Below, piece after piece: positions 1-14,592 of a stretch of DNA of 64,000 nucleotides. Source of the DNA: Hemiscyllium ocellatum (Eukaryota). Below the pieces are notes generated by a model. It was not told the origin of the DNA. It ran no database searches and saw only the letters and a program-made list of their open reading frames with translations. Made by a program: the position numbers and the translations under genes. How positions within the stretch are numbered: the stretch's first letter is position 1; each line of letters begins with the position of its first letter. Where the stretch lies: contig NC_083407.1 in NCBI RefSeq assembly GCF_020745735.1, positions 60,937,857 to 61,001,856 on the forward strand. The letters run 5' to 3'.

Positions 1-298
1 CTCACAGCGCCAGGGACCCAGGTTTGATTCCTGACTTGGGAGACTGTCTTTGTGGAGTTTGCACATTCACCCATGTCTGCATGGCCTTCCTGCAGGTAGT
101 CAGGTTTCCTCCCACAATCCAAAGATGTGTAGGTCAGGTGAACTGTATATGCTCAGTTACCCATAGTGTGAAGTGCATTAGTCAGGGTAAATATCGTGTA
201 ATGGAATGGGTCTGGGTGGGTTATTCTTTGGAGGGTCGGTGTGGATTTGTTGGGCCAAATGACTTGTTTCCATACTGTAGGGAATGTGATCTAATCTA
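1..298 (+). mobile_element. HE1-type tRNA-derived SINE, cut by the window edge
   Basis: Collinear with the full copies at 14221 and 54561; (atcta)n tail. Confidence 0.85.
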
Positions 299-301
299 TA
301 T

Positions 302-505
302 TCCATGAAATCTAACTTTGCTAACCAGTCTCCCATGAGGAACTTTGTTGAATGCCTTACTGAAATCCACATGGATCACGTCTGCTACTCTGCCCTCATC
401 AATCCTCTTTGTTGCTTCTTCAAAAACCTCAGTCAATTTCATAAGTGATTACCTCACTCACACAAAAGCCATGTTGACTATCCCGAATCAGTCCTTGCCT
501 TACCA
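302..505 (-). mobile_element. CR1 LINE RT fragment
   Basis: - strand encodes a DVIHVDFSKAFNKVPH-like stretch. Confidence 0.7.
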
Positions 506-1213
506 GAGATACTTTATTTAAGCATGACCTTAGTGTTAAATAATCTTATTGCCACTTCTGTGTAATGGAGGCAGACTGTGCTGACTTCTATATATTGTAT
601 TACAGAAACTGCAATCTATGCCAGAGGTCCTCAGGTTGAAGACACCTCAAAATGCATAGAGGCTTTTCCACAAAATAATGTGAAAGTGCTTCTTGAACAG
701 GACAATATAGATAGGTGATGTGGACAAGTGCACAAGACATGTAGCTGGGAGATGACGTGGTTATGCATAAGTGAAAGAATGGCAAATAAATGTGAGAATG
801 CAGCCACTGGTGCAATGCAGGTTGGGATGACTGCTTCACTTGGAAGGGGATTATGCATTATGAATTCCTGAATGTGCCACTCAGATCACTTGTCGTCCTG
901 CTGTACCCAAGGTTTGCATTGTGCTCAGCCTTCAAGAAAGAGGAGATTTTCGTTGAAGTATTTATGTGCTGATTACTAAATGAAAGGGTGACAAAAACGT
1001 TTGTTCAGAGCAACATTTTTTCGGGTTTAAATAGAATACTGTAAGATGGTCATAGAAGTTGGTTGTTTGTGATTTCAAATCCAAATGAAACAGAAAGGTT
1101 CAAAAACAATTGAACTCTGCCATTGTGTTAAGAACAAGAGAAAACACTGTTATAGTGAAGGCATTAGATTGGAGTGGAGAGGGGATCCTAGCTCTCTGAC
1201 TGCAAGTAAATAT

Positions 1214-2100
1214 GGAGAAAGTGAGGACTGCAGATGCTGGAGGTCAGAGTCGAGAGTGTGGTGCTGGAAAAGCACAGCAAGTGAGGCAGCATCCGAGGAG
1301 CAGGAGAATCGACGCTTCGGGCATAAGCCCTTCATCAGGAATGAGGATTGTGAGCCAAGGGGTTGGCGAGATAAATGGGTGGGGTGTGGGGCTGGGGGAG
1401 GAGGTAGCTGAGAGTGTGATAGGTAGATGAAGGTGGGGGTAATGGTGATAGATCGGAGACGAGGGTGGAGCAGATAGGTGGGAAGGAAGATGGACAGGTA
1501 GGATAGGTCATGAGGATGGTGCCGAGTTGGAAGGTTAGATCTTAGATAAGGTGGGGGAGGGGAAATGAGGAAACTGGTGAAATCCACATTGATGCCGTTT
1601 GGTTGGAACGCCCCTAGGTGGAAGATAAGGCATTCTTTCTCCAGGCAATGGGTGGTTAGGGTGTGGCGATGGAGGAGGCCCAGGACCTGCATGGCCTCAG
1701 CGGAGTGGGAAGGGGAGTTGAAGTGTTTGGCCACATGCCGGTGGTGTTGGTTGGTGCGGGTGTCCTGAAGATGTTCTCTGAAGCGTTCTTCATGTAGGCA
1801 TCCTGTCTCTCCAAAGTAGAGGAGACCACATCAGGGGCAACAGATACAGTAAAGTGTAGGTAAAACTCTGATGGATATGGAAGGCTCCTTTGGCGCCTTG
1901 GACGGAGGTGAGGGGGGAGGTTTGGGTGCAAGTTTTTTTAATTCCAATTGTGGCAGGGGAAGGTGCTGGAGGGGAGGGTGGTTTTGTGGGGGTCATCAAC
2001 CTGGCAAGAAAGTCGCGAAAGGAATGGTCTTTATAGATGGGGGGGGGAGGGAAATATATCTCTGATGGTGGCATCCATTTGTAAGTGGTGGAAATGTTGG
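1214..2100 (-). mobile_element. Penelope-like element (PLE), 5'-truncated: degenerate GIY-YIG endonuclease region plus 3' end with hammerhead motif (family A)
   Basis: ORFs 1150..1734 and 1790..2074 (HFNSPSHS..MQVLGLLH...IFHLGAFQPNGINVDF) are collinear with the copy at 36.0-36.8 kb. Hammerhead motif at 1306-1342 reads GAAG instead of GAAA. Confidence 0.85.
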
Positions 2101-3155
2101 CAAATAAGTATATTGATTAACCCTTTCAAACAAGAACTGATTTCTAGCCCCGGTTTTCCAGTCATTCAAACTGGCACTTAAAAAGACAGTCACCATTTTC
2201 CAAACATCATAGGAGGCAACTCTTTCAATTGCCATGTAATTAAGGATATTTGCCACTATACAGTAATCAATTAATCATTATTAATATAATTTCTGTGAGC
2301 TGGTTATTACACAATGGAGGAGTCAGTTCCCAATAAATGATTGTGTCATTAATCTTTCACAATTTTTTTCTCTCTGAGCTGGAATTGATGCATTTTAGAA
2401 AATATCCTTGTTAATAGTCCTTTGTAAGATTTTGATTGCCTGGCCTTACTGGTCCAAGATTAGTATTGGGTGGCAAAATTGGACATTGCTACAAGAGGTA
2501 ATCAAATGTTATGACATCTTTGTAAACAGTACAGTAGCTGCTATGTAAAGGATTCTAAGATATGGATAGATTCCGCGTGCTTAAAATGAAAAAAAAAAAA
2601 TCAATAAAAATTTCATATCGTGGCTGAACCTCTTTTTGTTCTTGTTGTTTATGCCCATGTTAAACCAAAAGACATAGAAGCAGAAATAGACGATAGGCCT
2701 ATTGAATCTGCTCTGTCATTCTCTGAGGTCATGATCGGTCTGATAATCCTTAACTCCAGTATCCTGCCTTATCCCTGTAACTCTTGATCTCCCTTTCCTG
2801 ATTAAAAGTCTATCTTACCCTTGAATATACATAAAGACCCAGTCTCAATAACCCTCTGTGACAAAGAATTCCGCAGATTTTAACCCTCTGTATTAAATTA
2901 TGTAACTTTTATTTTCAGTTTTATGAACTGTGTAAAGATTAATATGCGATTTAACAGCCCAGGTATTTCAAACATTTTCCTACTTTTGTTGGGGATGGGG
3001 TGAGTATATATGGACACGCTCCTGGGGAAGGACCAGTCCTCAATTTCAAACTCCAGGAGATAGTCCCAGCTACCTAAAGGCAAGGGTAAGACTTTTTTTT
3101 ATTACTGTACAATGTCAGTAACCCAATGAAGTGCAGCAAAATTACTATTGATTGT

Positions 3156-3354
3156 TAGTTTAGATTAGATTCCCTAAAGTGCAGAAACAGGCCCTTTGGC
3201 GCAACCAGTCCACACAACCCTCCGAAGAGTAATCCACCCAGACCCATTTCCCTCTGACTACTGTATCTCGCGCTATGGGCAATTTAGTATGGCCAATTCA
3301 CCTGACCTGCACATCTTTGGACTGTGGGTGGAAACCGAAGCACCTGGAGGAAAC
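3156..3354 (-). mobile_element. HE1-type SINE, 5'-truncated
   Basis: (tagat)n tail plus body. Confidence 0.8.
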
Positions 3355-6300
3355 AATGTTATGCTTACAATGTTTCATTAAATTGAGTGAATATAAATTT
3401 TTGTCCTCTAAAGTTTAGGTTTTTATTGATAATCCTGATGGAGAGAATTTCACTCGCCACACAGTCTGTGTGACTGATTTCTAGATAAGGAAACCGGTTT
3501 CTGAGTAATATTGCTAGAGTTTATAAACTGTACCAGTGGATGGCCCAGTGGTAACATGGATCAGTGACTAAATACACCTGATTGTACAGTGGTACAATCT
3601 GGGCTTGGCTCTATGATTGCCTAGAGTTACTGATCATTAAGTGTAGAAAAAGCTACAAGGTTATACTTTGTTGCATTAAGAGAAATAAAAATATCAAAGA
3701 GTGAAGCAGCTCAGGCTTCACTGTATCTTGTTAGCCAACTCAGATCTGCTTCAATGCAGAACTGGGACAGTTCACGTGCCTATCCTCTCTTTTGGGGAAG
3801 AGAATGACACAAGGGAAATTAATGAAACGGGAAGACAGAAACTGCTTGAATGGTATTGTTGCTGCATCAATTTCAGACATTAATTTACTGTTTACCTTGA
3901 ACTGAAACTTCAACTTTAATTTATCAAACAGTAGAAGTGCTTCACAAGTCTATATATCACCTCATCATTTTTACTGTACATTATGTAAGTATAGAGACAT
4001 TGAATTAATATTTTATTCATTTGTTGATGGAAATTTGTGAATATTGCACTTGTATAATTATAACTTCAAATACCTTTAACTTTATTCTCCTCAAAACGTA
4101 CATATGAAAAGTTTTGTGTGTTATATGACCTGATTATTACCAGTGAAACTCTCTCCTTGTGGAGAAATCCTGAGTGTGAATAGTTTCCCATTGGGAATCC
4201 AATGCTGGAACATTATTGTCGGTAGATTATCCTGCTCATGAAAAATGACTCTAATAAAAAGCAGATATGTGCTGGCAGGTACCAGATGCTGTCACCATCT
4301 TTAGAAATTATCAATTGTAATTGTTTTATATAAGCAATTCAAATTTAATATGTACAATTATATTCTAAAGGTAACTAAGTGTTAAGGACAATGACCTCAG
4401 AAATCCATGGCCAAAATCATACAGTAACTTCAGCTGGGGTTTGACAGAATATGCAACTTAGGGAGCAATAAGTCATCTTTACTTGTCAGACAGAATTTTC
4501 ACACCTAATTACCAAAGTTGTAGGAGAGGGCTGCAAATGGAGATTATTGGTATTCCTCCTTTCCCAGGCCTCAGTAGGACCTGCTATCTGATCGGCAGTG
4601 CAGCAGTTTGCCCAATTAAACTATATGTGTCAGTATTAAAATTGCAGATATAGGGATCACGGTGGGTATTCAGGATGCCAAGTAACCTGAGAAGTTTGTA
4701 AGGTACAGATTTCCATCCACATTAGGCTTACAAAGAGAGAGAACTCAGAAAAACAAAAGTTTATCAAATCTGCTCCTACTCACAGTCCGCCATGGACTTC
4801 CTTCCACATCACCACTTGCTGATCGAAAACTTTAGGGACCACTCCAAACTTCAACTTAAACAGAAAGTTAAATATTCCTCGTGTTTCCAAAAGAAGCAGA
4901 GTTTTAAGTAGTACATTTTTGTACCTGCACATAACTAGCAAATTCTTGATTTAAAGAAAGATATTTTGAAGAGTGGCACTTTTTCTAACCTTAACAGATC
5001 ACACCAACCATCACATTGTTTCCAGTCAATTCCTGTATCTCTGAATGTCATCAGCATGTCTCCCCTCCCTGTATGAAGTTATAGAATGAATCTATGTATT
5101 GCACCTGTTTGTGCATTTTTCACAGTAGCCACTGAAACATGAAATAGGTTTAAATTTTTGCTTGCTGGAGGCTATAGTAATTGAGTTAGAATTTTGAGCT
5201 GCACTGTTATGGCTATACCAGCATGATTATTTAATGTGGCATTGAATTTTATTTTGTACCACTTGAGACAAATGTAGTCTGTAATATAGTTTATAAGGAT
5301 GAACCTTCTGACCATTCCCTATGAGTTAAACAATGTGGTCTTTGTCTTTTCTGTTGTCAACAGATAGTAGCCATCTTCTATAAACCAGAATAATTATATT
5401 ATCTTTGGCTATGCCAAAGGGAATAGTATGTGTTTATTCTCATTTTCTGGTGACTGTGTTTCCAAGTAGACCATATAACAGAAAGAATGAGCATTCTTAC
5501 AGTTCAAAAAAACATAATGTTCACAATTGATCAGTCAATAGTAAATATTCATTCTTAAAGGGAGTCTGCCTAAAATGCTGTTAATCATAGTTCTGTTTGA
5601 CCTAATTTTTTTTAGTATAGAACAGGATGTGTTGCTATGGGTTACTGTCAATGGTTGATAACATTGGTTTTCCCACGGGTTGCTTATGTAGCAGCTTGCA
5701 CACCTCACCCAGGAGACTGGGAGATTGATGGGCTGTGCTTTGCCTTGCAAAATTTCATTTTTCTTCCATTGTGAGAAACTGATTTAGTATTACACACAAT
5801 GTGCCTTTATTGTGTTCTATGATATTTCAGTTTATTAGCCGTATTTATTATTCCAATCATGGTACAAACTTCCGGCAACCTCAATTAGTATTACCAAATA
5901 AAAACTGTATTAGATACACAGGTTCATTTTAATTTTTCACCATGTAGCATTTTTTCTATAACTGTATATTGTGTTATCTCTTCTTCTTCCTTATGTGGCA
6001 GCTTTTTCTTTCAGATGTATCCTGTCTCCTCCTCCCTTGTCATTAATGTCTTTTTTCCCTTATTCAGTGACATCATTCTCTTTGTTTCCTTACACATTGG
6101 ATTTGTAAGGCGAGCTCATCCTTCATCTATCAAGCACCGTTTTTTGTTCATGGTGCCCTCTGGTGTTTGATTACTGTCATGATTACACATTTTATCATAA
6201 CAGTGGAATAGATGGTCACTATTTTTATTTCACACTTTCAGGGAAGCTTTCAAATTTGGGCATCTTATGGTTGCAGAAACTTTCAGTATCCTGTGGATAG

Positions 6301-8312
6301 CACTTTAGGTCTTATTATCTTTGGAGCTCAGTTTGAAGGCATGACAAAAGAAACATATGTTTTTTTTCCTACTGCTGCAAGCTCATTCATGTTCTGGAAT
6401 TTATTTTTGTCTTCAAATTTGGAACAGTACCACTTTGTCCTAAAGAGGTATTCTAGCACATCATTGTCTTACTGCCACATTACCTTGTGCCTTTCAACTT
6501 GGTTTCCTGTGGTAGGTGAAAATACCTGATCAAAATACTACAAAGTAATACCCTGATTTGATATTGGATTTTCTATCTGATATCTTCAGATCTCTTTTAC
6601 TAATGCCATGTTTTCCTCATTAGGAGAAATGTTTCATTCTTATTTTCTCTGATTGCTGTTAGTATGATCACATCAGGACAAGCTCATTGCAATGTTAGTC
6701 CTAACAATTCCACAAAGTGAGCTGTTAAATGAATAGAGGCCTGTAATCATTTTGACTGTTTCAAAAAATAACTCTTGGTTCTCCGTGAATTAACTGAAGC
6801 ACTGTGTGTGATCTGGCAATGTTACAATGGTAGAATTCCATGAGTATAACCCACAGTCAGCTTTGAATTGCAGTTGTGTGTTATGAGGTCTCATGCTACC
6901 ACTGAAATATTGTATCATTCCAAACATGATGCTGATTTCAGTTCATGTAATGCTTTGTGCATGTTCGAGTGAAAAAAAAGCAGTCCAAAAATATCATTTA
7001 TTTACAAAGCAAAAACAGAAACAGCTGGAAGTACTCAGCAGAGCAGACAGGCTCTATGGAAGTACAGAAGTTAGTCAATCAACTATTAGGTCTAAGATCT
7101 TTCCTTCGTGTTGGAAACTATTACAAAAAAGCTGCCATGGAAAAAAGGAACAGGAGAAAATGGGGAAGGATAAAAGAATGTTATGACATGAAAACTAATG
7201 AACTACTTAGATGGTGAACACGAGGTGGTTAAATGGCAAGTAATAATAGGAGACTTTTACATTAAGAGAAATGAACAATATATTGAGATGCAGAGAGTGT
7301 GCAAATAGCTGGGAGCAAGTGAACAGTGAAAAACTAGCAACGCTAAGGAGTCTAGTGAAAGAAGAAAGCAGGTCAGCATGATGGATTCAGGTCACAGGTA
7401 GGTTGAAGGGGTTTCTCAGTAATAATTAGCCCCCTCCTCCATCTCCAGAAATAGCAGCATTAGCTGTTACCATCATTAACTTTTACAGAGATGGCAGCAG
7501 AATCTTCTGGATCCCACATGGGGTTGAACTTTAAGGCAGATGAGAAGACATTTTGAGGAGAGACGAGTCAGGTAAGCAGCTCAAGGTATTTCCACCTCTA
7601 AATGATCTTCCCATAAAAATAGCTGGAGAGTCTGCCATCGAGCAGCTTTAGATAGACTACCTACTGAGCTTCAAGTAATTGGGTGGCCAACAACACCCAT
7701 GAGGATTCCTGTAGGACACCTTCCGACAAACATTAATCACTCACATCACTGTGTTAAATTATATCTCCTTGTGTTGAGGTGTTTCATTGCTGTCTGTGTT
7801 CTCATGTGGTTTACTAGTCTCCTCTTCATTTTTTATTATATTTCAGAGTTTTGTGCTATCTGCACCCTTTAAAATGATGCACTATATGCCCAAGTCCGAT
7901 TCTCTAATGTACGTCTAAAAGAGTAGTAGTTTCAACATTGACTCCTGGGAAACCCACTGCAAGCGCAGACAAAATTTAAACATGATGGTAGAGGCTTTGG
8001 TGATTGGAGCCTAAACCAAAAGTAATCCTTACCTCAGATGATGAGAGATCTCTTGGCTGCATTTTATGTCCATTCAGAGATGAATCAATTGTGTTAAGGT
8101 TCCCATCCCATTAAAATACAGGAACCTACCCTAATAATCTTCCAGCCAATCAGAGCGTGTCAGCTGTCACTTAGTTTCAGCAGTGTGAGTGGTGACCATT
8201 TTTGAGGCTGGACCCTGTCAAGAGCTATAGCAATGAATGCCACCTGTACAGCAAGTGGGGCCAGGGTCACTGGGGCCAGTTAGGTAAATACCAGTGAGGA
8301 CTGTTGCATGGA

Positions 8313-8574
8313 TAGTTTAGATTAGATTAGATTAGATTCCCTACAGTGTAGAAACAGGCGCTTCGGCCCAACAAGTCCACACTGACCCTCCTAAGAGCAA
8401 CCCATCCAGACCCATTCCCCCACATTTACCCCTGACTAATGCACTGAATGCTATGGGCAATTTAGCATGACCAATTCACCTAACCTGCACATCTTTGGAC
8501 TGTGGGAGGAAACCGGAGCATCTGGAGGAAATCCACGCAGACACGGGGAGAATGTGCAAACTCCACACAGACAG
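8313..8574 (-). mobile_element. HE1-type SINE, 5'-truncated
   Basis: (tagat)n tail plus body. Confidence 0.85.
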
Positions 8575-10585
8575 ATGGTTGATGAATATAAGGAATGTTG
8601 ACACTTGGCAGAACGTCACTATGGTGGGGCCCCAGTTTGGGTTACAGATTGCTAATTGGAGGTGCCATCCTTCCAAGTCCATAGGGACACTGCCATATTA
8701 AGCACTTTATTTCTGTCAATAGCAGCTGTGCATGCAGCTCACCACCACTTTCTCAAGGACAAGTAGGGTCAATAAATGCTGGCCCAGTCAGTGATGCCCA
8801 CATCCCACAGTCACAAGAAAACTCAACTGAAGCTGGAAAACTGCCACTGGGAATGGGGACTGCTGAATGTTAGCCCCGACCCTCCTGACGTTCCTGATTT
8901 CCCCCACCACTCCCTCCCCACCTGGCAACCATCTCACTGCATCTCCTATTCTACCCTTCCTCATTTGTAGTCTGAATGTGTCACCAATCCTGGGTCTTGC
9001 AGGATGCAGTGCTGGTAGATACCCAAGGTGCTTGGTTGATGCTGATGGCAATAAGGAGTAGGAATTCCACCTGGGTTCCAGGCCCTGCTGCTGGTCACTT
9101 ACTGCACACTCTCCTGAAAGGATGTGATTCAAGACTTCTACTGGCTCTCCAGACTACAGGCAAAGCTTCCATTATCTAGGTCAGATGTTGTCTTTTGTGT
9201 GGAGAAGGATAGTTCTAATCCAATTGTGAGCTACTGATGTCAGCATTGTAGCAGAAATTGATGTTTATGCATTGGTGCATTTTTATTGCCATTAGTAGCC
9301 AACTGGGTAACCTGTTGGTGGCTGGAGATGTTTAATTGAAAGCTGGAGCCGGGCGAGCACGCGGCAAAATTGTTTCTTCTACAATGTAACAATTTGCAGG
9401 AGCTGCCTCAGCACTGGTAATTCAGTTATGGCCACATAATGCCTTGCTTCACATCAGCACTCAGCCACTTTGAATGACACAGCTATTTGAAACAGAACTA
9501 AGTTCAAGCTGTTATATTGGAAGTGGACTTTAAATCTGACTACCAGCAAAGAGAAGGAAGGAAAGTTGTGAGCAACAGCTGTCAATTTTAAAGTTGTCGA
9601 CTGTACAATGACTCTTTTGCATATTGGTTGTTCACCCAAAGCAAATACATAGTAGGCAAGTTATGAAAAGTTGTCTCTAATTTCAGTTGTTTTAATAAGG
9701 TGCCATTCGCTGATTCTGAAATCAATATTTACATGTTTGAAATTAAATAAGCAAGTTCTTTTTTAATTTGTGTTTTTTTTATCTGGTGCATTTATTATAG
9801 CATGAAATATTTAGGAAATTTAGTTCTGGTCAATCAGTTTTGGAAAAGTATTTTTCCTACATACCTGATTAATGATTATTGTGGATAAAATTGTACTCAT
9901 CTTTGGTTTGTGTTTCATTTGAATGCTAAAAATAATATCTTGTATCAAGCAGATTAAAACTTTTATTTTGATGGTCTTTATTTTGATGGAGCAACTGTTG
10001 CCCCAGCCTGCTGATGCTGGCCATTCTGTTGGACACATCTGAATATCATTTCTGTTTATGGTTTGGAAATAGTTTCATGAAAAGATTCACACCTTATCTC
10101 AAGAGTGCCTTTCTGACCCAGAGTTTGGAGAGTTGCACAAACTTTATCAGGCAACAATTCCGAATAGAACCATTTGTAATAGACTGAACCCACAACACAC
10201 AACACATTTGTTTCGATCTGAATGTGACTTTATATTTAAATAGAATGTTCTTGCAAAAAGTGAACTGGAGATTGTGAATTTCTGAATCTAGTTTCCCACT
10301 GCCATTACTGGAACAGCCATTGAATGTAATTCATTTTACTTTGGTCCATTTGAGAAAATAATTAGCACCTTATTGGTCACAGAGGAGCAGAAGAATCTTT
10401 GAATGCATTCAGCCTTTCTTTTGGCAAAGTTTGTTTTTCTGACTGCTATGAGTCTTTTGAGAAAACTGAGTGAATACCACGTGGTGCAAGATGAGGAAGT
10501 GTACGACTGTTTTTTGGCTTCATTGTTGGCAATGAAAAATGCATCACCATCGCTGTATTTTCTCATAGCACAGTGTTTTACTTTT

Positions 10586-11790
10586 ATAGAGTCATAGAGT
10601 CATAGAGTCATAGAGATGTACAGAATGGAAACAGACCCTTCGGTCTAACCCGTCCATGCCGACCAGATGTCCCACCTGCCAGCACCCAGCCCATATCTCT
10701 CCAAACCCTTCCTATTCATACACCCATACAAATGTCTTTTAAATGTTGCAATTGTACCAGCCTCCACCACTTCCTCTGGCAACTCATTCCATACACGTAC
10801 CAACCTCTGTGTGAAAGAGTTGCCCCTTAGGTCTGTTTTATTTCTTTCCCCTTTCACCTTAAACCTATGCCCTCTTATTCTGGACTCCCCCACCCCAGGG
10901 AAAAGACTTTGCCCATTTATCCTATTCATGCCCTTCATAATTTTGTAAACCTCTATAAGGTCACCCCTCAGTCTCCAACGCTACAGGGAAAACAGCCCCA
11001 GCCTGTTCAGCCTCTCCCCATAGCTCAAATCCTCCAACCCTCTCAACATCCTTATAAATCTTTTCTGAACCCTTTCAGGTTTCACAACATCTTTCCAATA
11101 GGAAGGAGACCAGAAATGCATGCAATATTCCAACAGTGGCCTAACCAAAGTCCTGTACAGCCGCAACATGACCTCCCAACTCCTGTACTCAATACTCTGA
11201 CCAATCAAGGAAAGCATACCAAACGCCTTCTTCACTATCCTATCTACCTGCGACTCCACTTTCAAGGAGCTATGAACCTGCACTCCAAGATCTCTTTGTT
11301 CAACAACACTCAAGTATATAAGTCCTGCTAAGATTTGCTTTCCCAAAATGCAGCACCTTGCATTTTTCTGAATTAAACTCCATCTGCCACTTCTCAGCCC
11401 ATTGGCCCATCTGGTCCAGAAAACAGTGACACCGCATTTGCCAACCTCCAGTCTTCCAGCACCTCACCTGTGACTATCGTTGATACGAGTATCTCAGCAA
11501 GAGGCCCAGCAAACACTTCTCTGACTTCCCACTGAGTTCTTGGGTACACCTGATCAGGTCCTGGGGATTTATTCACCTTTACCTGTTTCAAGACATCCAG
11601 CACTTCCTCCTCTGTAATCTGGACATTTTGCAAGATGTCACCATCTATTTCCCTACAGTCTTTATCTTCCATATCTTTTTCCACAGTAAATACCGATGCA
11701 AAATAGTCATTAAGTATCTCACCCATTTTCTGTGACCACACAAAGGCCGCCTTGCTGATCTTTGAGGGGCCCTAATCCCTCTCCAGTTTT
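10586..11790 (-). mobile_element. HER1/CR1 LINE 3' part with (gactctat)n tail and internal deletion
   Basis: ORFs 10645..10938, 10981..11346 (LYRTLVRPLLEYC) and 11394..11741 (KSPGPD); octamer tail at 10586-10613. Confidence 0.9.
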
Positions 11791-12489
11791 ACGTGATGAG
11801 CAAGTTATTTGTTTCTCTTGTATCATTAAAATTTACGTGGCTTTGGATAGCAAAGCCGAGGCAGATGGACATCAGTTTTTATGTTCTGATCTGGTTATGG
11901 TGGGTATGTGGCAAATACAAAATGTTCACTAGCATCCATGAGGTTCCTTATTTTCAAACACATGTAGCATCAAAATGGAGATGCCTCTGAAGAGATTTGA
12001 CATCTTTAACATTAAATGATGACAGCTTCCAGGCCATCATCATGAAGGAATATTTAATGACTGGTATTAGTCATGTAGGGTGCCTGACAAGCCAACCCTC
12101 TGAGGTGGCTTGCAGGCCCTTGGAGGTGGTTGTTTTGGGAGGGTGTTGAGAGTGGACGCATGGCCCCTTGTTTTCAAGCGTTCAGTGCATGATTGGGGAA
12201 AGTGGGGTGTTGTTGGATGCTCCTTAGAGCTATCCCTGCTCTTGCTGCTGACCCCTTCCGAAGACCTCCACTGCACAATTCCTTTGTGCCGTCATTCTCC
12301 AACCACAATGACTCCAGCACCTTGTCTCCTAGCAATCCTATAGGCCTCAGCTGGGTGTCTAGTATCATTAGGAAAACGAGATAATTAGATTAAAGTTTTG
12401 CAGAGTGAATAAAAAAGGTGAGGTAGAAGGTTAAAAAACAGAACCTCAAAAACGGTAATCTCTGGCTTACTCCTGGTGCTAAATTCTAA

Positions 12490-13140
12490 TGAAGAAAGGA
12501 AGGGTAGGGTGGATAAATCAATTGCTGAAGAGGTGATGCAGTGTGCAGTGATTCAGATTTTTGGACCATTGTGATCTCTTCTGAGCTAGAAAAGACTTGT
12601 TCAAAAGGGATAGCTTTCATCTGAACTGGAAAGGGACAGATACCCTGGTGGGGAGATTTGCTAGTTCTATTTTGGGAGCCTGTAACCTATTGGGTAAAGG
12701 GATTCCTAAGTAGCAATGAAAATAGAAAGACAGATGAGGATGGTACTGAGTCAGAAAATATCAGGCTATTTAGAAAAGACAGACAAGAGCAAGTCAGAGA
12801 ACGAGGTAACTGAAGAACTATACTCCATTTATTTAAGTGCAAGGACTCTTACAAGTAAGGCTGATGAACTCAGGGCAGATATCGGAACATGGGACTGGGA
12901 TGTCATAGCTATGATAGAAACTTGGCTGGGGGATGGACAGGACTGGCAGCTCAGTGTTCTGGGTTTCAGTTGCTATAGGAAGGATAGAAAGGGAGGCAGG
13001 AGAGGAGGGGGAGTAGCATTTTTGATTAAGGAAATTTTAGTATTATAATTACAAGAATAGAGAGGATTGTCCAGTGGAAATATGTGGGTTGAAATTAGAA
13101 ATAAGAAAGGGATGATCACCTTGATGGGATTGTGCTCATT
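12490..13140 (+). mobile_element. CR1 LINE ORF1 end / ORF2 APE-endonuclease start
   Basis: ORF 12716..13048 YLSARTLTSKADELRADIGTWDWDVIAMIETWL...RKDRKGGRRGGGVAFLIKE. Confidence 0.85.
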
Positions 13141-14220
13141 ATGTTGCTCAACAATAAGGAGCTGCCAGCCTCTCATTAACAGCCAGTTTTTGCAAGACAA
13201 GGCCTCCATCCCTGATCCTGGAAAATTCTAGCTAAATCATGTGTGTTAAGCACTTAACTGACAGAGGCATGCTTTCTTGAAAAAATATATTGTACATCTG
13301 TTGGAGTTTCTGATCAGGCATGAAAGACCACTGTCAGCTCCATAAAATAATGGGCAATAGACAATATACTGAACACAATGTACTATCCATTGCTTTTGAG
13401 TGGGTCACTTTCACTCTTATCCCCATTCCCCATTCCTTCTATTGCTGTGGAGAAATGACTGTGGCAGAAGATGGGTATGTCCATCTACAGAGTGCAATTT
13501 TTAGCCCACAATCTGCATTTGACAATTCAGCACGTGATTTTGAAGCTGCCCCTATCTGCCTCTTCATGTGCCACCCTTGTTGTCCGCGGGTTGCTAATCG
13601 AGGCTTAGGCAAAGATCTCAGGCAGCATCAGGCAGATGTCCAGGCAGCATCAAAGGAGAATTGACGTTTCTCAGGATCTCAGTGAGTCCGCATTCCCAAC
13701 ACCCCTCCCCGAAGTCCCATGATTTTGTATATGTCAATCAGATCCCCCCTCGGCTTCCTCTGCTCCAGGAAAAACAAACCCAGCCTATCTACCTCCCTCA
13801 TAATTGAGCCTTTTCATTCCAGGCAACATCCTAGTGAATCTCCTCGACACACTGTCCTGTGCAGTCAAGTCCTTCCAGTAATGTGGTAACTCGAACAGTA
13901 CATACAGTTTCAACTGTGACCCAACTAATAAAGTTTATAAAGTTGTAACATGGCTTCCTTGCTCCTATGTTCTACACACAGCTAACAAAGGCCAGCATCC
14001 CATATGCTTTCTTCCCCACCCTGTCTGCCCGTGCTGACACCTTCAGGGATCTATGGACTTGTAAACCAAGATCCTTTTGTTCCTCAGCATTCCATAAGGA
14101 TTTAAAATTCATTGTGTATATCCTTCCCTTATTAGAACTCTCAAAATGCATCACCTCCCACTTACCAGGTTTAAAATTCTATCTGCCATCGATCTGGCTA
14201 ATTTACCAGCCAATCAGTTT

Positions 14221-14532
14221 GCGGCACGGTGGCACAGTGGTTAGCACTGCTGCTTCACAGCACCAGAGACCTGGGTTCAATTCCCGCCTCAGGCGACTGT
14301 CTGTGTGGAGTTTGCACATTCTCCCTGTGTCTGCGTGGGTTTCCTCCGGGTGCTCCGGTTTCCTCCCACAACCCAAAGATGTGCGGGTCAGGTGAATTGG
14401 CCAATCTAAATTGCCCGTAGTGTTAGGTAAGGGGTAAATGTAGGGGTATGGGTGGGTTGCGCTTCGGCGGGTCGGTGTGGACTTGTTGGGCCGAAGGGCC
14501 TGTTTCCACACTGTAAGTAATCTAATCTAATC
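14221..14532 (+). mobile_element. HE1-type SINE, full length
   Basis: A box tggcacagtgg, B box ggttcaattcc, central gtgtggagtttgcac...ggtttcctcccaca domain, (taatc)n tail. Confidence 0.9.
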
Positions 14533-14592
14533 AATACCAGACTGTAGCCTGAGACCAGCCTCCTCACTCTCAACATGACCACCAATTTTCAT

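Noticed and set aside
12740-12755. ATG GTA CTG AGT (MVLS), resembling a short kalirin first-exon peptide
   Set aside because: It lies inside a CR1 and has no phase-1 donor after it.
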